Positions 42,730-52,579 are shown, numbered from the stretch's first letter. The stretch: DNA of 64,000 nucleotides from Desulfobacterales bacterium (GCA_963677545.2 CAXXKH010000048.1:11048-75047), one strand, 5' to 3'. Notes: generated by a model from the sequence alone, not told the origin. Numbers and translations: made by a program.

Positions 42730-44916
42730 TTACCACTTAAGCCTTACCTCCGCAAAATAGTTGCGCTCTCTCCCTATGCTGCTAAAGTATTCCTTATCAA
42801 AGAGATTTTCCACAACAAATGATACTTCCGCATGTTTCCAGGGAGAAACTGTTATTTTAGTTTCCCACAGCCAGCACCGAGAATGGCCACCATAGACACC
42901 ATCGATATCGGTATTATATTTATTCGTATAAATTCTTCCCAGATACCGACCCCTCAGGCTGGCGGCAATCCATTTGTAACTGATTTCCGTACCGAGATTG
43001 ATCGTCCTGACAGGCATCCCCGTGATTGTTTTACCTTCCATCTCCGGATCATGATCGTTTTTTTCGATCTTTGAATCATTATAGGTATAATTGCCCCACA
43101 AATTAAGCCAGTCAAATGGTCTAACCGATGCTTCGAACTCAATGCCGTTAATCCGGGCCTCGCCCGCATTATCTTTGTAGCTATCATCATCTATTCTGTA
43201 CGAGTAAATCAGATCTTCAATATCCGTATGAAAACAAGTCGCTGAAATTTTAAGCGCGCGATTAAAAAAGTATTGATTAACCCCAATTTCATAGTTCCAC
43301 AGGGTTTCCGGATTTATGTCCGGATTTGAGTAAACCATGCCACCATTACCTTTTCTATAAGTACGAAAAAGGTCGTAAAGAGTTGGCGGACGGAAAGCGC
43401 CTCCGGCAGATCCTTTTATGATAGTGTTGGCAACAGGCTTCCAGACAACCGACAGCTTGGGACTGATTGCATAATCGTCCCTGTCGTCCAAGTCTACTTC
43501 GTCACCGACAATTCCGCTTCTCCCGTCAAAAGCCTCCCAACAGTCAAAACGGGCGCCGGTGAAAAGGGTCAGTTTATCCGTTAGCTGCCACTCATCCTGA
43601 AGATAGGCCGCGTAGAAGCGGTCCGTACCCAGGGTTATCTCAGTCTTTGGAGTTGTTATGCTGTTCTCGTCCCGGTAATAAGCCAGTTCAAAGCGTCCCT
43701 GATCAAAATCGTCGTAACGATAATAGAGACCGGCGATTAGAATATGGTTGTCGCCAATAGGAATATTGGTTTGCATATCGCTAAACCAAGCATTCGAATA
43801 ATATTCCTTCAGATATCCAGGGGCATTGTCATAGTTTTCGGAACCCTCGGCTTGATCTGACGTTTTCCAATAGTCCTCCTTTTGGTAGCCGACCTTTCCG
43901 ATAAAGTCGATTGATCCGAACGACTCCCTGTAAGTCAACATATATGATGGGGTTTCAATTTCTTGTATCCCGGACGTGAGGTAGTCTGGAGGAGATACGG
44001 TAGCTTTTTTGCCATTTCCCGCATCAACACTGCCGGTAAAGGTCGGGTTGCCGCTCGCATCTCGCAGGTAGGTATGGGGGCGGCCTTTAGCAGCTTCTGT
44101 ATGTCCCGTTTGAAAATCAAAGGCAAGACTTCCTGTATCTGTCAGATCATATACGGCATTAAGGTTAACATTCCACCGTTTTTCGCGGCTATCCCCATAA
44201 TCGCCGACTACCCATCTTTTTCTTCCCGATGTATCAAGCGTTTCGTAGCCGCCCGTCAATGTTCCTGATCCGGATTTAATGTTTCTTCGTACCAACGAAG
44301 TCGGATAGCCGTCCGTCTCTTCAAATTCGTAACCCACCCTGAGGCTTAGCTTATCGGCAAAGCGGTCACCAACATGTAAGCTGTAACGAGACGTGTCATC
44401 ACTGCCATAACCTACGGCTACACCCGCCTCAAACTTCTTCGGCGTAGAAGTAATGATATTTATTACGCCACCCATGGCATTACCCCCGTATAATGCCGAC
44501 GCTGGGCCACGAATAATCTCGATACGCTCCACATCTCCTATTGCAATATTATCCCATCTTACGTGGCCATACCAACCGGTATTTAAGGGCTTTCCGTTTA
44601 CTACGACCAAAGTGTGCGCTTCATTTGGCGTCCCCCGAAGTTGTCCGTTATATATGCCGCTTTCAAATTTTAAGACATCATCAATTGTGTGAATATCTCT
44701 GAATTTCATATCTTCTTTTGAAACAACCGTAACGTTGCCCGGTGCGCTGTCCACATCTTTTTCCATTCTGGTGGCCGTCACTACCATTTTATTCAATTCG
44801 AGCGTCTTTTTTTCTTGATTAACTTCCTCCTCTGCCATACCAATTGCCGGCAATGCCAAGGCCAAGAACGTAATCAAAATACCTATCAACATCACCATTT
44901 TAAAAATCTTTTCCAT
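42730..44916 (-). CDS. TonB-dependent receptor (cobalamin-riboswitch-controlled)
   Basis: Signal peptide, MVVTATR TonB box, VERIEIIRGPASALYGGNAMGGVINII, C-terminal W. Confidence 0.93.
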   Translation of the reverse strand: MEKIFKMVMLIGILITFLALALPAIGMAEEEVNQEKKTLELNKMVVTATRMEKDVDSAPGNVTVVSKEDMKFRDIHTIDDVLKFESGIYNGQLRGTPNEAHTLVVVNGKPLNTGWYGHVRWDNIAIGDVERIEIIRGPASALYGGNAMGGVINIITSTPKKFEAGVAVGYGSDDTSRYSLHVGDRFADKLSLRVGYEFEETDGYPTSLVRRNIKSGSGTLTGGYETLDTSGRKRWVVGDYGDSREKRWNVNLNAVYDLTDTGSLAFDFQTGHTEAAKGRPHTYLRDASGNPTFTGSVDAGNGKKATVSPPDYLTSGIQEIETPSYMLTYRESFGSIDFIGKVGYQKEDYWKTSDQAEGSENYDNAPGYLKEYYSNAWFSDMQTNIPIGDNHILIAGLYYRYDDFDQGRFELAYYRDENSITTPKTEITLGTDRFYAAYLQDEWQLTDKLTLFTGARFDCWEAFDGRSGIVGDEVDLDDRDDYAISPKLSVVWKPVANTIIKGSAGGAFRPPTLYDLFRTYRKGNGGMVYSNPDINPETLWNYEIGVNQYFFNRALKISATCFHTDIEDLIYSYRIDDDSYKDNAGEARINGIEFEASVRPFDWLNLWGNYTYNDSKIEKNDHDPEMEGKTITGMPVRTINLGTEISYKWIAASLRGRYLGRIYTNKYNTDIDGVYGGHSRCWLWETKITVSPWKHAEVSFVVENLFDKEYFSSIGRERNYFAEVRLKW

Positions 44917-45052
44917 CCTAAAAATATCCTTTCACTTTGCTGTTAGCCTCTTCACGATTTTTCGGTACACGCTTATCAATAGGCATACCTACCAATATGT
45001 CTGCCAGTAGGGGTATGACGGATATTCATCGTACCTGTTGGCCTGCAGACCA

Positions 45053-45088
45053 AAAAAAATCCCGAATCGAAAAACTCGATCCGGGATA
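45053..45088 (-). terminator. Attenuator terminator of riboswitch 5
   Basis: - strand ATCCCGGATCGAG..TTCGATTCGGGAT-TTTTTT. Confidence 0.8.
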
Positions 45089-45157
45089 TCCCTTTTTTAT
45101 CCGCAAATATCTACTTGAAACACAACGTTGTCCTCGCAACCGTGCTCTTATATATCT

Positions 45158-45309
45158 CAGGCAGGTCTTCTGACTTTCGGATCATCCTACCGGCTGCGCC
45201 TTCCCGGCCTTTCGGCCAGTGGCATCATGCAGTGTTCGTCCCCGATTACAGCGGCGGGCCCGTCCCCGATTCTCACGGGGTTCCCTATTAAGCTCTTCCG
45301 AGCGCCTTT
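45158..45309 (-). ncRNA. Cobalamin riboswitch 5
   Basis: Near-identical to riboswitch 4; upstream of the TonB receptor ending at 44916. Confidence 0.93.
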
Positions 45310-45715
45310 ACTATTGATTTTAAATTTTGTGTTACACATCATTGTTATTATGTCAAGAAGAAAAAAGATTTCAAAGTTGAGAAGCCAAAAAGCGACTTGC
45401 GGAGCGATTTGGACAAGCCTGTAGGCAAGCAAAAGGTACAGCACCGAATAAAAGAGAAAATGTATGAGGCTGATTCCCTGGCATGCTCGAAATATCAAAG
45501 TGAATTGAAAGATAATATATTTTGAAGTTGACAGGTGCCGGAACGGCATATTATGTTGAATAGTCGTTAAAACTTGCAATAAGAAATTGCAATAGTATTT
45601 AAAAGAAAAAAATAAAATAACAGTAAATAAGCCACGAAGGTCATGATTCCAAATGGATCAAAAACGTCGTGGTTTTTTTTATGAACGGATGACATAAAGT
45701 AAAGGAGTTTTGGTA

Positions 45716-46582
45716 ATGAAAATTAAATGTGTGATTTATTGTTTGGCAATGATGACATTTCTGGCCGGTTACGTTGGAAACGGCTATTCGGGGCAACTGG
45801 AACGAGAAAGCGATAAAACGAAACCCCAATTTTACCTCGTTGGTATCGGACCGGGAGATGCGGATCTCATAACCCTGAGGGGACTCAAAGCCATTGAGGA
45901 TGCCGATCTGATTTTTTGTTCTGAAAGTTCCCAAGAAAAATTTTCAGCCTACCTTACAGGAAAAGAATTGATTGATGGCAGTACTTACGGAACATCCCGC
46001 TATTATGGGAAAGACTGTTCCAAGCTTGAGAAAGAAGAACAAAAAGAGTGTAAACGTTGCACTGAAAAACGGAACGAACTCATAAAAAAAATCCGCCGGG
46101 CAGTTAAAGAAGGAAGCTCTGTTGCAGTTCTTGGAAGCGGCGACCCCTTCATATATGGGCCATCTGTCTGGTTTCTGGAGGAATTTTCCGATCTTGATCC
46201 GGTTATCGTACCGGGACTCAGCAGTTTCAACTCAGCCAACGCAGCACTGGGAAAGTCAGTGACCGAAAGCCAACCGACAAAATCGGTTATACTGACGATC
46301 GGATATTCTCCTGAATCTCACAAGACAATTGAAGACCTGTCGGTACATAAAGCAACGATGGTCATCTATATGCCGAAAGATTTACCGGATCTCGTCAAAC
46401 GATTGTCCGTCCATTACTCCCAAGAGACACCTGTAGCCCTGGTCTCTTATGCAGGATACAAGGAAAAGGAAAGAGTCGTGAAAGGCACACTGAAGACCAT
46501 TCTTGATATTGTTGAAAAGGAAAAAGAAATAAAATATTACTTGGTATATGTGGGAGATTTCTTAAATTACCATCGTAAGTAA
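45716..46582 (+). CDS. Tetrapyrrole (corrin/porphyrin) methylase family protein with putative signal peptide
   Basis: FYLVGIGPGDADLITLRG, SGDPFIYG, VPGLSSF..A, TMVIYM, TPVALV, GTL; N-terminal MKIKCVIYCLAMMTFLAGY. Confidence 0.88.
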   Translation: MKIKCVIYCLAMMTFLAGYVGNGYSGQLERESDKTKPQFYLVGIGPGDADLITLRGLKAIEDADLIFCSESSQEKFSAYLTGKELIDGSTYGTSRYYGKDCSKLEKEEQKECKRCTEKRNELIKKIRRAVKEGSSVAVLGSGDPFIYGPSVWFLEEFSDLDPVIVPGLSSFNSANAALGKSVTESQPTKSVILTIGYSPESHKTIEDLSVHKATMVIYMPKDLPDLVKRLSVHYSQETPVALVSYAGYKEKERVVKGTLKTILDIVEKEKEIKYYLVYVGDFLNYHRK

Positions 46583-46618
46583 ATGGGGAAACTGGAACAA
46601 ATTCAGATCTTTTAAAAC

Positions 46619-46652
46619 AAAAATCCCGGACCGAAGTAATTCGATCCGGGAT
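46619..46652 (-). terminator. Attenuator terminator of riboswitch 6 (may also end the + strand methylase transcript)
   Basis: Same hairpin as at 41875-41909. Confidence 0.78.
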
Positions 46653-46691
46653 ATCCCTTTTTTATCCACAGATATCCCTTTTTTATCCACA
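46650..46691. repeat. 21-bp tandem duplication
   Basis: GATATCCCTTTTTTATCCACA twice; single copy in the paralogous leaders. Confidence 0.9.
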
Positions 46692-46743
46692 GATATCCAT
46701 TTGAAACACAACGCCGTCCGCGCAGTCGTGTTCGCTATGTGTT

Positions 46744-46897
46744 CAAGGCAGGTCTTCTGACTTTCGGATCATCCTACCGGCCGCGCCTTCCCGGCCTTGC
46801 GGTCAGTGGCATCCTGCGGCTTTCGTCCCCGGTTACAGCGGCGGGCCCGTCCCCGATTTTCACGGAGTTCCCTATTAAGCTCTTTCGAGCGCCTTTT
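46744..46897 (-). ncRNA. Cobalamin riboswitch 6 (no sense gene downstream)
   Basis: Near-identical to riboswitches 4, 5 and 7, with a compensatory pair change. Confidence 0.92.
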
Positions 46898-46937
46898 GCA
46901 TTAATTTGAAAATGATAGGCGCACCTGCAATATGTCT

Positions 46938-46966
46938 TGACATTGTCTGGCGAAATTTTTAGTATT
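46938..46966 (+). promoter_or_regulatory. Sigma70-type promoter of the toxin-antitoxin operon
   Basis: TTGACA-N17-TAGTAT, then RBS AGGAGG. Confidence 0.65.
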
Positions 46967-46990
46967 AAAAAATGAAAAAGGAGGAACAAT

Positions 46991-47281
46991 ATGCTGTCAC
47001 GTCCCAAACGCAGCGAAAAACTCGACCTTCGGCTGACACCGGATGCGAAGAAGGCACTGCTGGCAGCGGCGGTCGCTTCGCATAAATCGGTAAGTGAGTT
47101 CGTTTTGGAAAGTGCATTGGCGCGGGCCGATGAAACACTAGCGGATCGGCGGATGTTCCATCTTGACGCCACACAATGGAAGGCCTTTCTTGACGCACTT
47201 GATGCACCACCTCGTCCTCTGCCTCGTCTGGAGCGACTCTTCAAAGAGCCCTCATTTTTCGATCCCGGGTCCGATAAGTAA
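46991..47281 (+). CDS. DUF1778 RHH antitoxin (TacA/AtaR type)
   Basis: KLDLRL, SVSEFVLESA, F..ALDAPP. Confidence 0.9.
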   Translation: MLSRPKRSEKLDLRLTPDAKKALLAAAVASHKSVSEFVLESALARADETLADRRMFHLDATQWKAFLDALDAPPRPLPRLERLFKEPSFFDPGSDK

Positions 47282-47283
47282 CC

Positions 47284-47778
47284 ATGGTCCAGAGCGTCGA
47301 AAAGCTCAAACGGAACCATCCGGTGGATGTTTTCGATTGCGGCCGAGAGGCGTTAAACCGCTATCTGTCACGATACGCATGGCAGAACCAGCAGGCCGGC
47401 GCATCCCAAACGTACGTCGGTATGTCGGATACTGAAATTGTTGGCTATTATACCCTGGCGGTGGGCCAGGTTGCATTTGGGGAAGCCCCGGAGCGACTGA
47501 CAAAAGGATTGGCGAAACATCCAGTGCCGATCATGTTGATAGCGCGTCTGGCGGTGGATCACCGCTGGCAGGGGCAGGGCGTCGGAGGGGCGCTGTTGAG
47601 GGATGCCATGTGGCGCACCTTGCAAGCCGCGGACATCGCCGGCATCCGCTCCTTTGCGGTTCATGCAAAAGACGAGAACGCAAAACGCTTCTACCAGCAT
47701 TTCGATTTTATCCCCTCCCCAACGGATCCCCTTCATCTATTTGTTCTTCTCAAGGACGTGCGTCGGCTCTTCAGCTGA
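47284..47778 (+). CDS. GNAT acetyltransferase toxin (TacT/AtaT type)
   Basis: FDCG..ALN.YL, VGYYTL, P...IARLAVD..WQGQGVG, VHAK...A..FY. Confidence 0.92.
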   Translation: MVQSVEKLKRNHPVDVFDCGREALNRYLSRYAWQNQQAGASQTYVGMSDTEIVGYYTLAVGQVAFGEAPERLTKGLAKHPVPIMLIARLAVDHRWQGQGVGGALLRDAMWRTLQAADIAGIRSFAVHAKDENAKRFYQHFDFIPSPTDPLHLFVLLKDVRRLFS

Positions 47779-47782
47779 TTGG

Positions 47783-48967
47783 TTATTCTTCCGGAAGTTT
47801 CAAAAAGTATTTGAGCTGGTACCCGGGAAAAAGATCGGGATGAATGATGGCGGCCAGATCTTCAACAACCTCTTCCCGCTTATCAATGGATTCCCAGTAC
47901 CAGGGCTGGGTTATCCAGATCTTTTTTTCACGGACCGGCTTGGTGACCCGCAAAATCTCCGCTGCATCCATCAACTGCCGCATGGATGCAATACCACGTC
48001 CGGGAGCGACTTCGAGAATGTACAGATCGGCGTCCCTGGCACGCATGTAGAACTCTTCCAGGGTAATACTGCCGTATCCCACCATGTACTGCATCGCTTC
48101 CAGGCCGTTGAAGAGGTAGTCGCCGCCGGCGAGCGCAAACATTCGGGCCTGACAGGAATCCGGCCTCGGGACATGCACCTTCTTGAGGTATACCCCCCCG
48201 GACAATATCCTGGGTTTTTTCGTTGCCCGGGCCGTTGTTATCGATACGGCGTCGACTTTTCGGGCGGCCTTTTCGAAGAACCGGTTTGCTTCATCTTCCT
48301 TGTCATAGAAGGCCGCCAGGAATTTGACCCATTCCGTCTGTGCCAGGGGATGCTTCTCATCAAAAAAATCGACGATTGCCACCGGGATGTTCAATTTGTC
48401 CAGCATGGGGAGCAGTTTCTGGTTCCAGTCCCTGGCAAAAACGATCTCCGGATTCAAGGCCCTGAGCCGTTCGTAATCCATCGGGTTCCCGTTCCCCAAA
48501 TCAACGATATCACCCGCTTCTATCCGGCTTTGGATACCGTCGATATAGGATTCGCTATTGTCGATGCAGATACCCGAGATGGTATCCAGAAGCCCGAGGG
48601 GTCTTAGAAGAGCGGCGTTGATGGTGGAATTCAAGGCAACCCTGGTAACAGGAATTTCAATCCTGGGAAGATCTTCATAGCCGGGCAGGGGGGCCTTTCC
48701 CCTGGGGCACAGCAGCAATTCCCGTCCGGCGCCGTCGGTTACCACCTTGTATCCGTTATCCAGATAGGCGAGCTTAAAGTGTGCGGCATACCGGACGGAG
48801 GACAAGGCCCCCCCGTTATCTTCGGCGGACAGATCAAATGTCCCGGCTAAAAGGAAGACCATTATGCCTGCTGTTATTAGAACGGCTTTCCCGAAAACAG
48901 GCAGACAGTGAATAACCGTGAACGTACTTTTCTTCCTACGCTTCAAGTCCTCAGCTTTGAAACACAC
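47783..48967 (-). CDS. ABC transporter substrate-binding protein (BtuF-like), last gene of the nitrogenase-like operon
   Basis: VRYAAHF, PVTRV, EKHPLAQTEWVKF, DLAAIIHP; paralog of 17521-18654; start overlaps upstream stop. Confidence 0.88.
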   Translation of the reverse strand: MCFKAEDLKRRKKSTFTVIHCLPVFGKAVLITAGIMVFLLAGTFDLSAEDNGGALSSVRYAAHFKLAYLDNGYKVVTDGAGRELLLCPRGKAPLPGYEDLPRIEIPVTRVALNSTINAALLRPLGLLDTISGICIDNSESYIDGIQSRIEAGDIVDLGNGNPMDYERLRALNPEIVFARDWNQKLLPMLDKLNIPVAIVDFFDEKHPLAQTEWVKFLAAFYDKEDEANRFFEKAARKVDAVSITTARATKKPRILSGGVYLKKVHVPRPDSCQARMFALAGGDYLFNGLEAMQYMVGYGSITLEEFYMRARDADLYILEVAPGRGIASMRQLMDAAEILRVTKPVREKKIWITQPWYWESIDKREEVVEDLAAIIHPDLFPGYQLKYFLKLPEE

Positions 48968-50333
48968 CGCTCTCTCCTTCCCCGAACGAATAGGGGTACT
49001 GGCTGGTCAGCCTGCAGTTGAGGATCGCCTCTATGAAGGTCAACCCTCCCGCAAACCCCAGATACGGCCGGTGTACCAGATTGGTCCTGTTGAATTCCGG
49101 CATGCTGGTTTGAATGAAAAATTGGGGGGATAAATCCACCTGATTCAGTAGATATTCCTCAAAGGCGGAACCGAAGGTAATTACCGGCCGTTGTTTATGT
49201 AGGGCCGACAGGGTCTGATCCATACCGGGATTCAGGAGAATTTGGACCCCTTCATCCCTGCACGGAAGCAACCCGGTCTCTCCGGGAGTCAAGGTTTCCC
49301 GGCCGGAAATTCCCAAAATGACCGGACGACAGCCCAGGTAGTCATGGAGGAACGACCCCAGTCCGGCGACAAACGCCCACTCGCCGAAAATGGCCACCGG
49401 CAGGCCCCTTATCTTCTCGGTTCTTGATGAGTGGGTCAGTGCCAGGAAGCCCTCCCTGCGGCAATGTTCCTCTTCCCGTTTCAATGCATCGGAGCGGGGT
49501 ATTCCCATATCCCCGCACACATCGTCCAGGAGACCGCGGGTAGCATCAAAACCAATGGGCATCCGCTTTGCTGTGACATAGGGCTGATTGAACCGCTTCT
49601 TCATGAATTCGGCAATCTCGATGCCGTACTCCGGATTGATCACCACATTAAGGCCCGCCGAAACAAGATTGCGGATCTCCTCCAGGTTGGCGCCGGCCGC
49701 CAGAACCGTGTTGACCTTCAGTCCTGCCATTCCCATCAGACGCCGAATCTCCCTGGCATCGTGCTTCCAGCTATATTGGGTGATAGGCAGGCCCAGAATA
49801 TTGACGGTATTTCGGGCGGGCGCGGCCTTCGGATCGGTCTCCTTCTCGATGAGCTTGATAATGGCTTCCGAGTATCCTTTCGAAATGCTTCTGGCGCACC
49901 CGGTGGACTCCAGGTAGAGTATCCGGGAGGAGAGGTCGTGATCCATGAGAATGTTGTCGGCATCCTCGCCGATGAGGCTCAGGCTGCACGAATTGATAAC
50001 GGCAATGCACCGGCCCCGGCCCTTTTGAACCAGCAGTTCCACAGCCTGTACCAGCTTGTCGCTGATGCCTAGAATGACATCGGTATCCGTTATCTCCGTA
50101 CAGGGGATCCGGGGGTGGCCATCCACCGCCAGGCGATTGAAACGGTTCGCATTCCGCTCGCAAATCGGATGGCAGCCCTCTACCATTCCGGCGGCAAACC
50201 CCGTACAGGAACTCGGTCCGTTCACCAGGATATCGACACCGTCGATGCCGGAAAGGGCAGAGAGAGCGCCGCCCAGGGAACAGGGCAGGCCGTGGTTCAA
50301 TCCCTGATCGTCAACAGTTATTGCTTGATTCAT
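48951..50333 (-). CDS. Nitrogenase component-1-like oxidoreductase subunit 2
   Basis: PCSLGGA, NGPSSC, NSC...IGED (Cys ~18/43/116); VNILG, PIGF..T, RPYLGFAG. Confidence 0.88.
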   Translation of the reverse strand: MNQAITVDDQGLNHGLPCSLGGALSALSGIDGVDILVNGPSSCTGFAAGMVEGCHPICERNANRFNRLAVDGHPRIPCTEITDTDVILGISDKLVQAVELLVQKGRGRCIAVINSCSLSLIGEDADNILMDHDLSSRILYLESTGCARSISKGYSEAIIKLIEKETDPKAAPARNTVNILGLPITQYSWKHDAREIRRLMGMAGLKVNTVLAAGANLEEIRNLVSAGLNVVINPEYGIEIAEFMKKRFNQPYVTAKRMPIGFDATRGLLDDVCGDMGIPRSDALKREEEHCRREGFLALTHSSRTEKIRGLPVAIFGEWAFVAGLGSFLHDYLGCRPVILGISGRETLTPGETGLLPCRDEGVQILLNPGMDQTLSALHKQRPVITFGSAFEEYLLNQVDLSPQFFIQTSMPEFNRTNLVHRPYLGFAGGLTFIEAILNCRLTSQYPYSFGEGESGVFQS

Positions 50334-51630
50334 TTCGCCATCCTTCCACACCGGTGAATTGCAGCCATCGGGACCACTCCACAAACAGGTTCAGCAATCC
50401 CCGGGGTCCCACCGGCGGGAACAGCGGCACCTCCCGGACCAGCAGCCCCGGCTGGTGGTTCGGAATCGGGGCGTGGTGAGAGGAGCACTGCAGATACACA
50501 TCCGCTTTTTTTTGAAGATTGTTTGCCAGCACCGCTTCGAGATCCATGCCGGAATTCACCGGACAGGAGAGGCCGCCGGGGGCGTCCAGAAAATCCGCTT
50601 CGAAATAACCGGTGCTGAGGATGTTCATCTCCAGAATGTCGGCTTGAAGCAAATCCAGGAATTCCACCAGCCAGCCCAGGTGGAGGGGGGCGGTGTTCAC
50701 AATTATCTTGAGCCCCTTAAAAGGGTTTCCACGTCGCGACATTTCCTGAAGAAAAAAATCTTTTTCCGCCGCCATCAGCTCTTCGATATCCACATCCAGT
50801 TTCAAGGCGTCCCTGATGGCGGAAAGCCAGGTGCGGGTATCTTCAAATCCGCCGGGAAATCCTTCCTGAATATAGGGTGTCTGGAACTTCTGGCATAATC
50901 GTTCGCACACCGAAAGGGACTGGTTGGTGGATGCCGGCAGGTTCAATGCCGCCCGGGGCACATCGGGCAGCGCCTTAAAATCCAGGTTCCGGACGAATCG
51001 GGTGTTTATATCAAGCCCCAGCAGTGCCAGAAGACGCCTGACCTCCATGAAATCGATATCCGCGGTGGGTATAAGACTTCGCTCGGCCACCAGGTTCACC
51101 CGGCGGGGGTCGATGTCGGACGCAGGTTTCAAAAAACGGTCGATCAAATCGAAATAGGCGCTGTTGATCCCTTCGAAGTGATCTCCCTTCAGGAATCCGC
51201 CCATGGAGAAATAGACCACCTCCCGGCCGGTCCGGTCGGACATCTCCTCGCACACCCCCGAAACGTCATCTCCGATCACTTCCACCGTGCAGCTTGGAAT
51301 CACCAGGAGGGGAAAATCCGGAAATGCCGCGAGGGTCTCCTCGATTTTCTGCCGCAGCAGATCTTCTCCGCCGAAGATCAGCTCATTTTCCGACAGGGCC
51401 GTGGTGCGAAAATTCATTCGCGGCGGGCTGAAGTCGTGGATTATCTCCCCTTCCCGAAGAAGCATCTGCTGGCAGAACTTCAGGCCGTAATGGGCACATC
51501 CCGGGGTACCGTGAAGCAGCACAGCTGTATTGCGAAGATTCAGCAGCACACTCAACGCCCCCACAAGCGTACAGGAGAGCTGGCTGCCCTTGACCCGGGG
51601 AATACTGTATTTGTGTTTATTCTCAGACAT
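50311..51630 (-). CDS. Nitrogenase component-1-like oxidoreductase subunit 1
   Basis: SCTLVGA, HGTPGC, LSE.ELIFGGE..L, PSC.VEVIGDD (Cys ~20/45/114). Confidence 0.9.
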   Translation of the reverse strand: MSENKHKYSIPRVKGSQLSCTLVGALSVLLNLRNTAVLLHGTPGCAHYGLKFCQQMLLREGEIIHDFSPPRMNFRTTALSENELIFGGEDLLRQKIEETLAAFPDFPLLVIPSCTVEVIGDDVSGVCEEMSDRTGREVVYFSMGGFLKGDHFEGINSAYFDLIDRFLKPASDIDPRRVNLVAERSLIPTADIDFMEVRRLLALLGLDINTRFVRNLDFKALPDVPRAALNLPASTNQSLSVCERLCQKFQTPYIQEGFPGGFEDTRTWLSAIRDALKLDVDIEELMAAEKDFFLQEMSRRGNPFKGLKIIVNTAPLHLGWLVEFLDLLQADILEMNILSTGYFEADFLDAPGGLSCPVNSGMDLEAVLANNLQKKADVYLQCSSHHAPIPNHQPGLLVREVPLFPPVGPRGLLNLFVEWSRWLQFTGVEGWRNESSNNC

Positions 51631-52438
51631 GGCGCCTCATCAGTGCATCGAGACCATCCTGGTCAAACGGTGTGGGACAGACCAGCTTCGGCTGCTGGGC
51701 GACCCGTTTCGACAGCGCTTCGAACATGCCCGCCACCTCATGCCCGGCGTCATATTCCATCACGGTCTGTCGGTTGATCTCCGCCTTGTGAAAAAGTTCA
51801 TCCCTGGGGAAAAAGGCCACCATCTCGGACCCGACCGACCGGGCGAACTCGTCGATCAGCTCTCTCTCCCACGGCTTATTGAAACGGGCATTGCCGATAA
51901 TGCCTGCCAGACGCCCCTTGTCGGCGGATGAAAACCGGGCAACGCATTTGCAGATATTGTTGGCGGCGTACAGGGCCATGAACTCGCCGGAAGTGACAAC
52001 GTAGATCTCCTCGGCGTAGTTCTTCCGTATGGGAACCGCAAACCCGCCGCAGACCACATCCCCCAGAACATCGTAAAGAATGATATCGATGTCGGGAGTA
52101 ATCACCGACAGTTTTTCCAGAACCTCGAACATGGAGATGATGCCGCGGCCGGCACATCCGATGCCCGGTTCGGGCCCCCCGGCCTCGATGGTCAGGACGC
52201 CGCCATATCCCGTTTTCAGAATTTCCTCTTTGGTAACACCGGCCGGTCCGTTGGCCCGGAGCGTATCGAGAACAGTGGGCTGGAGCAGACCATTGTGAAG
52301 CATCTGGGTAGAGTCATGTTTGGGGTCGCAGCCGATCTGCAGAATTTTATTCCCCGAGTTCGAGAGGCAGACCGACAGATTGGTCGTGATGGTCGATTTG
52401 CCGATACCGCCTTTGCCGTAGATTGCAATTTGTTTCAT
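51623..52438 (-). CDS. NifH/CfbC-like Fe protein (nitrogenase-like reductase)
   Basis: YGKGGIGKST, GCDPKHDST, GGPEPGIGCAGRG, DVLGDVVCGGFA, MALYAANNI. Confidence 0.95.
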   Translation of the reverse strand: MKQIAIYGKGGIGKSTITTNLSVCLSNSGNKILQIGCDPKHDSTQMLHNGLLQPTVLDTLRANGPAGVTKEEILKTGYGGVLTIEAGGPEPGIGCAGRGIISMFEVLEKLSVITPDIDIILYDVLGDVVCGGFAVPIRKNYAEEIYVVTSGEFMALYAANNICKCVARFSSADKGRLAGIIGNARFNKPWERELIDEFARSVGSEMVAFFPRDELFHKAEINRQTVMEYDAGHEVAGMFEALSKRVAQQPKLVCPTPFDQDGLDALMRRHV

Positions 52439-52476
52439 CCGTAATTCTCCAGGTTTAATTCGGACTGCCGGAAAAC

Positions 52477-52510
52477 AAAAATCCCGGACCGAAGTAATTC
52501 GATCCGGGAA
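52477..52510 (-). terminator. Attenuator terminator of riboswitch 7
   Basis: Same hairpin as riboswitches 4 and 6, about 40 nt before the nifH-like start. Confidence 0.8.
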
Positions 52511-52579
52511 ATCCCTTTTTTATCCACAGATATTCGTCTGAAAAACGGCGCCGTCCGCGCAGCCGTGATTCCATATGCC

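Noticed and set aside
46662-46691. Two perfect DnaA boxes TTATCCACA (another at ~52520) suggesting an origin
   Set aside because: They are part of the repeated riboswitch linker (TTATCCGCA in other copies) and a local 21-bp duplication; no origin-associated genes nearby
48951-52438. Nitrogen fixation (nifHDK)
   Set aside because: No recognisable FeMo-co ligand motifs, no nifE/N/B in the window, shorter divergent subunits, and control by a cobalamin riboswitch rather than nitrogen regulators
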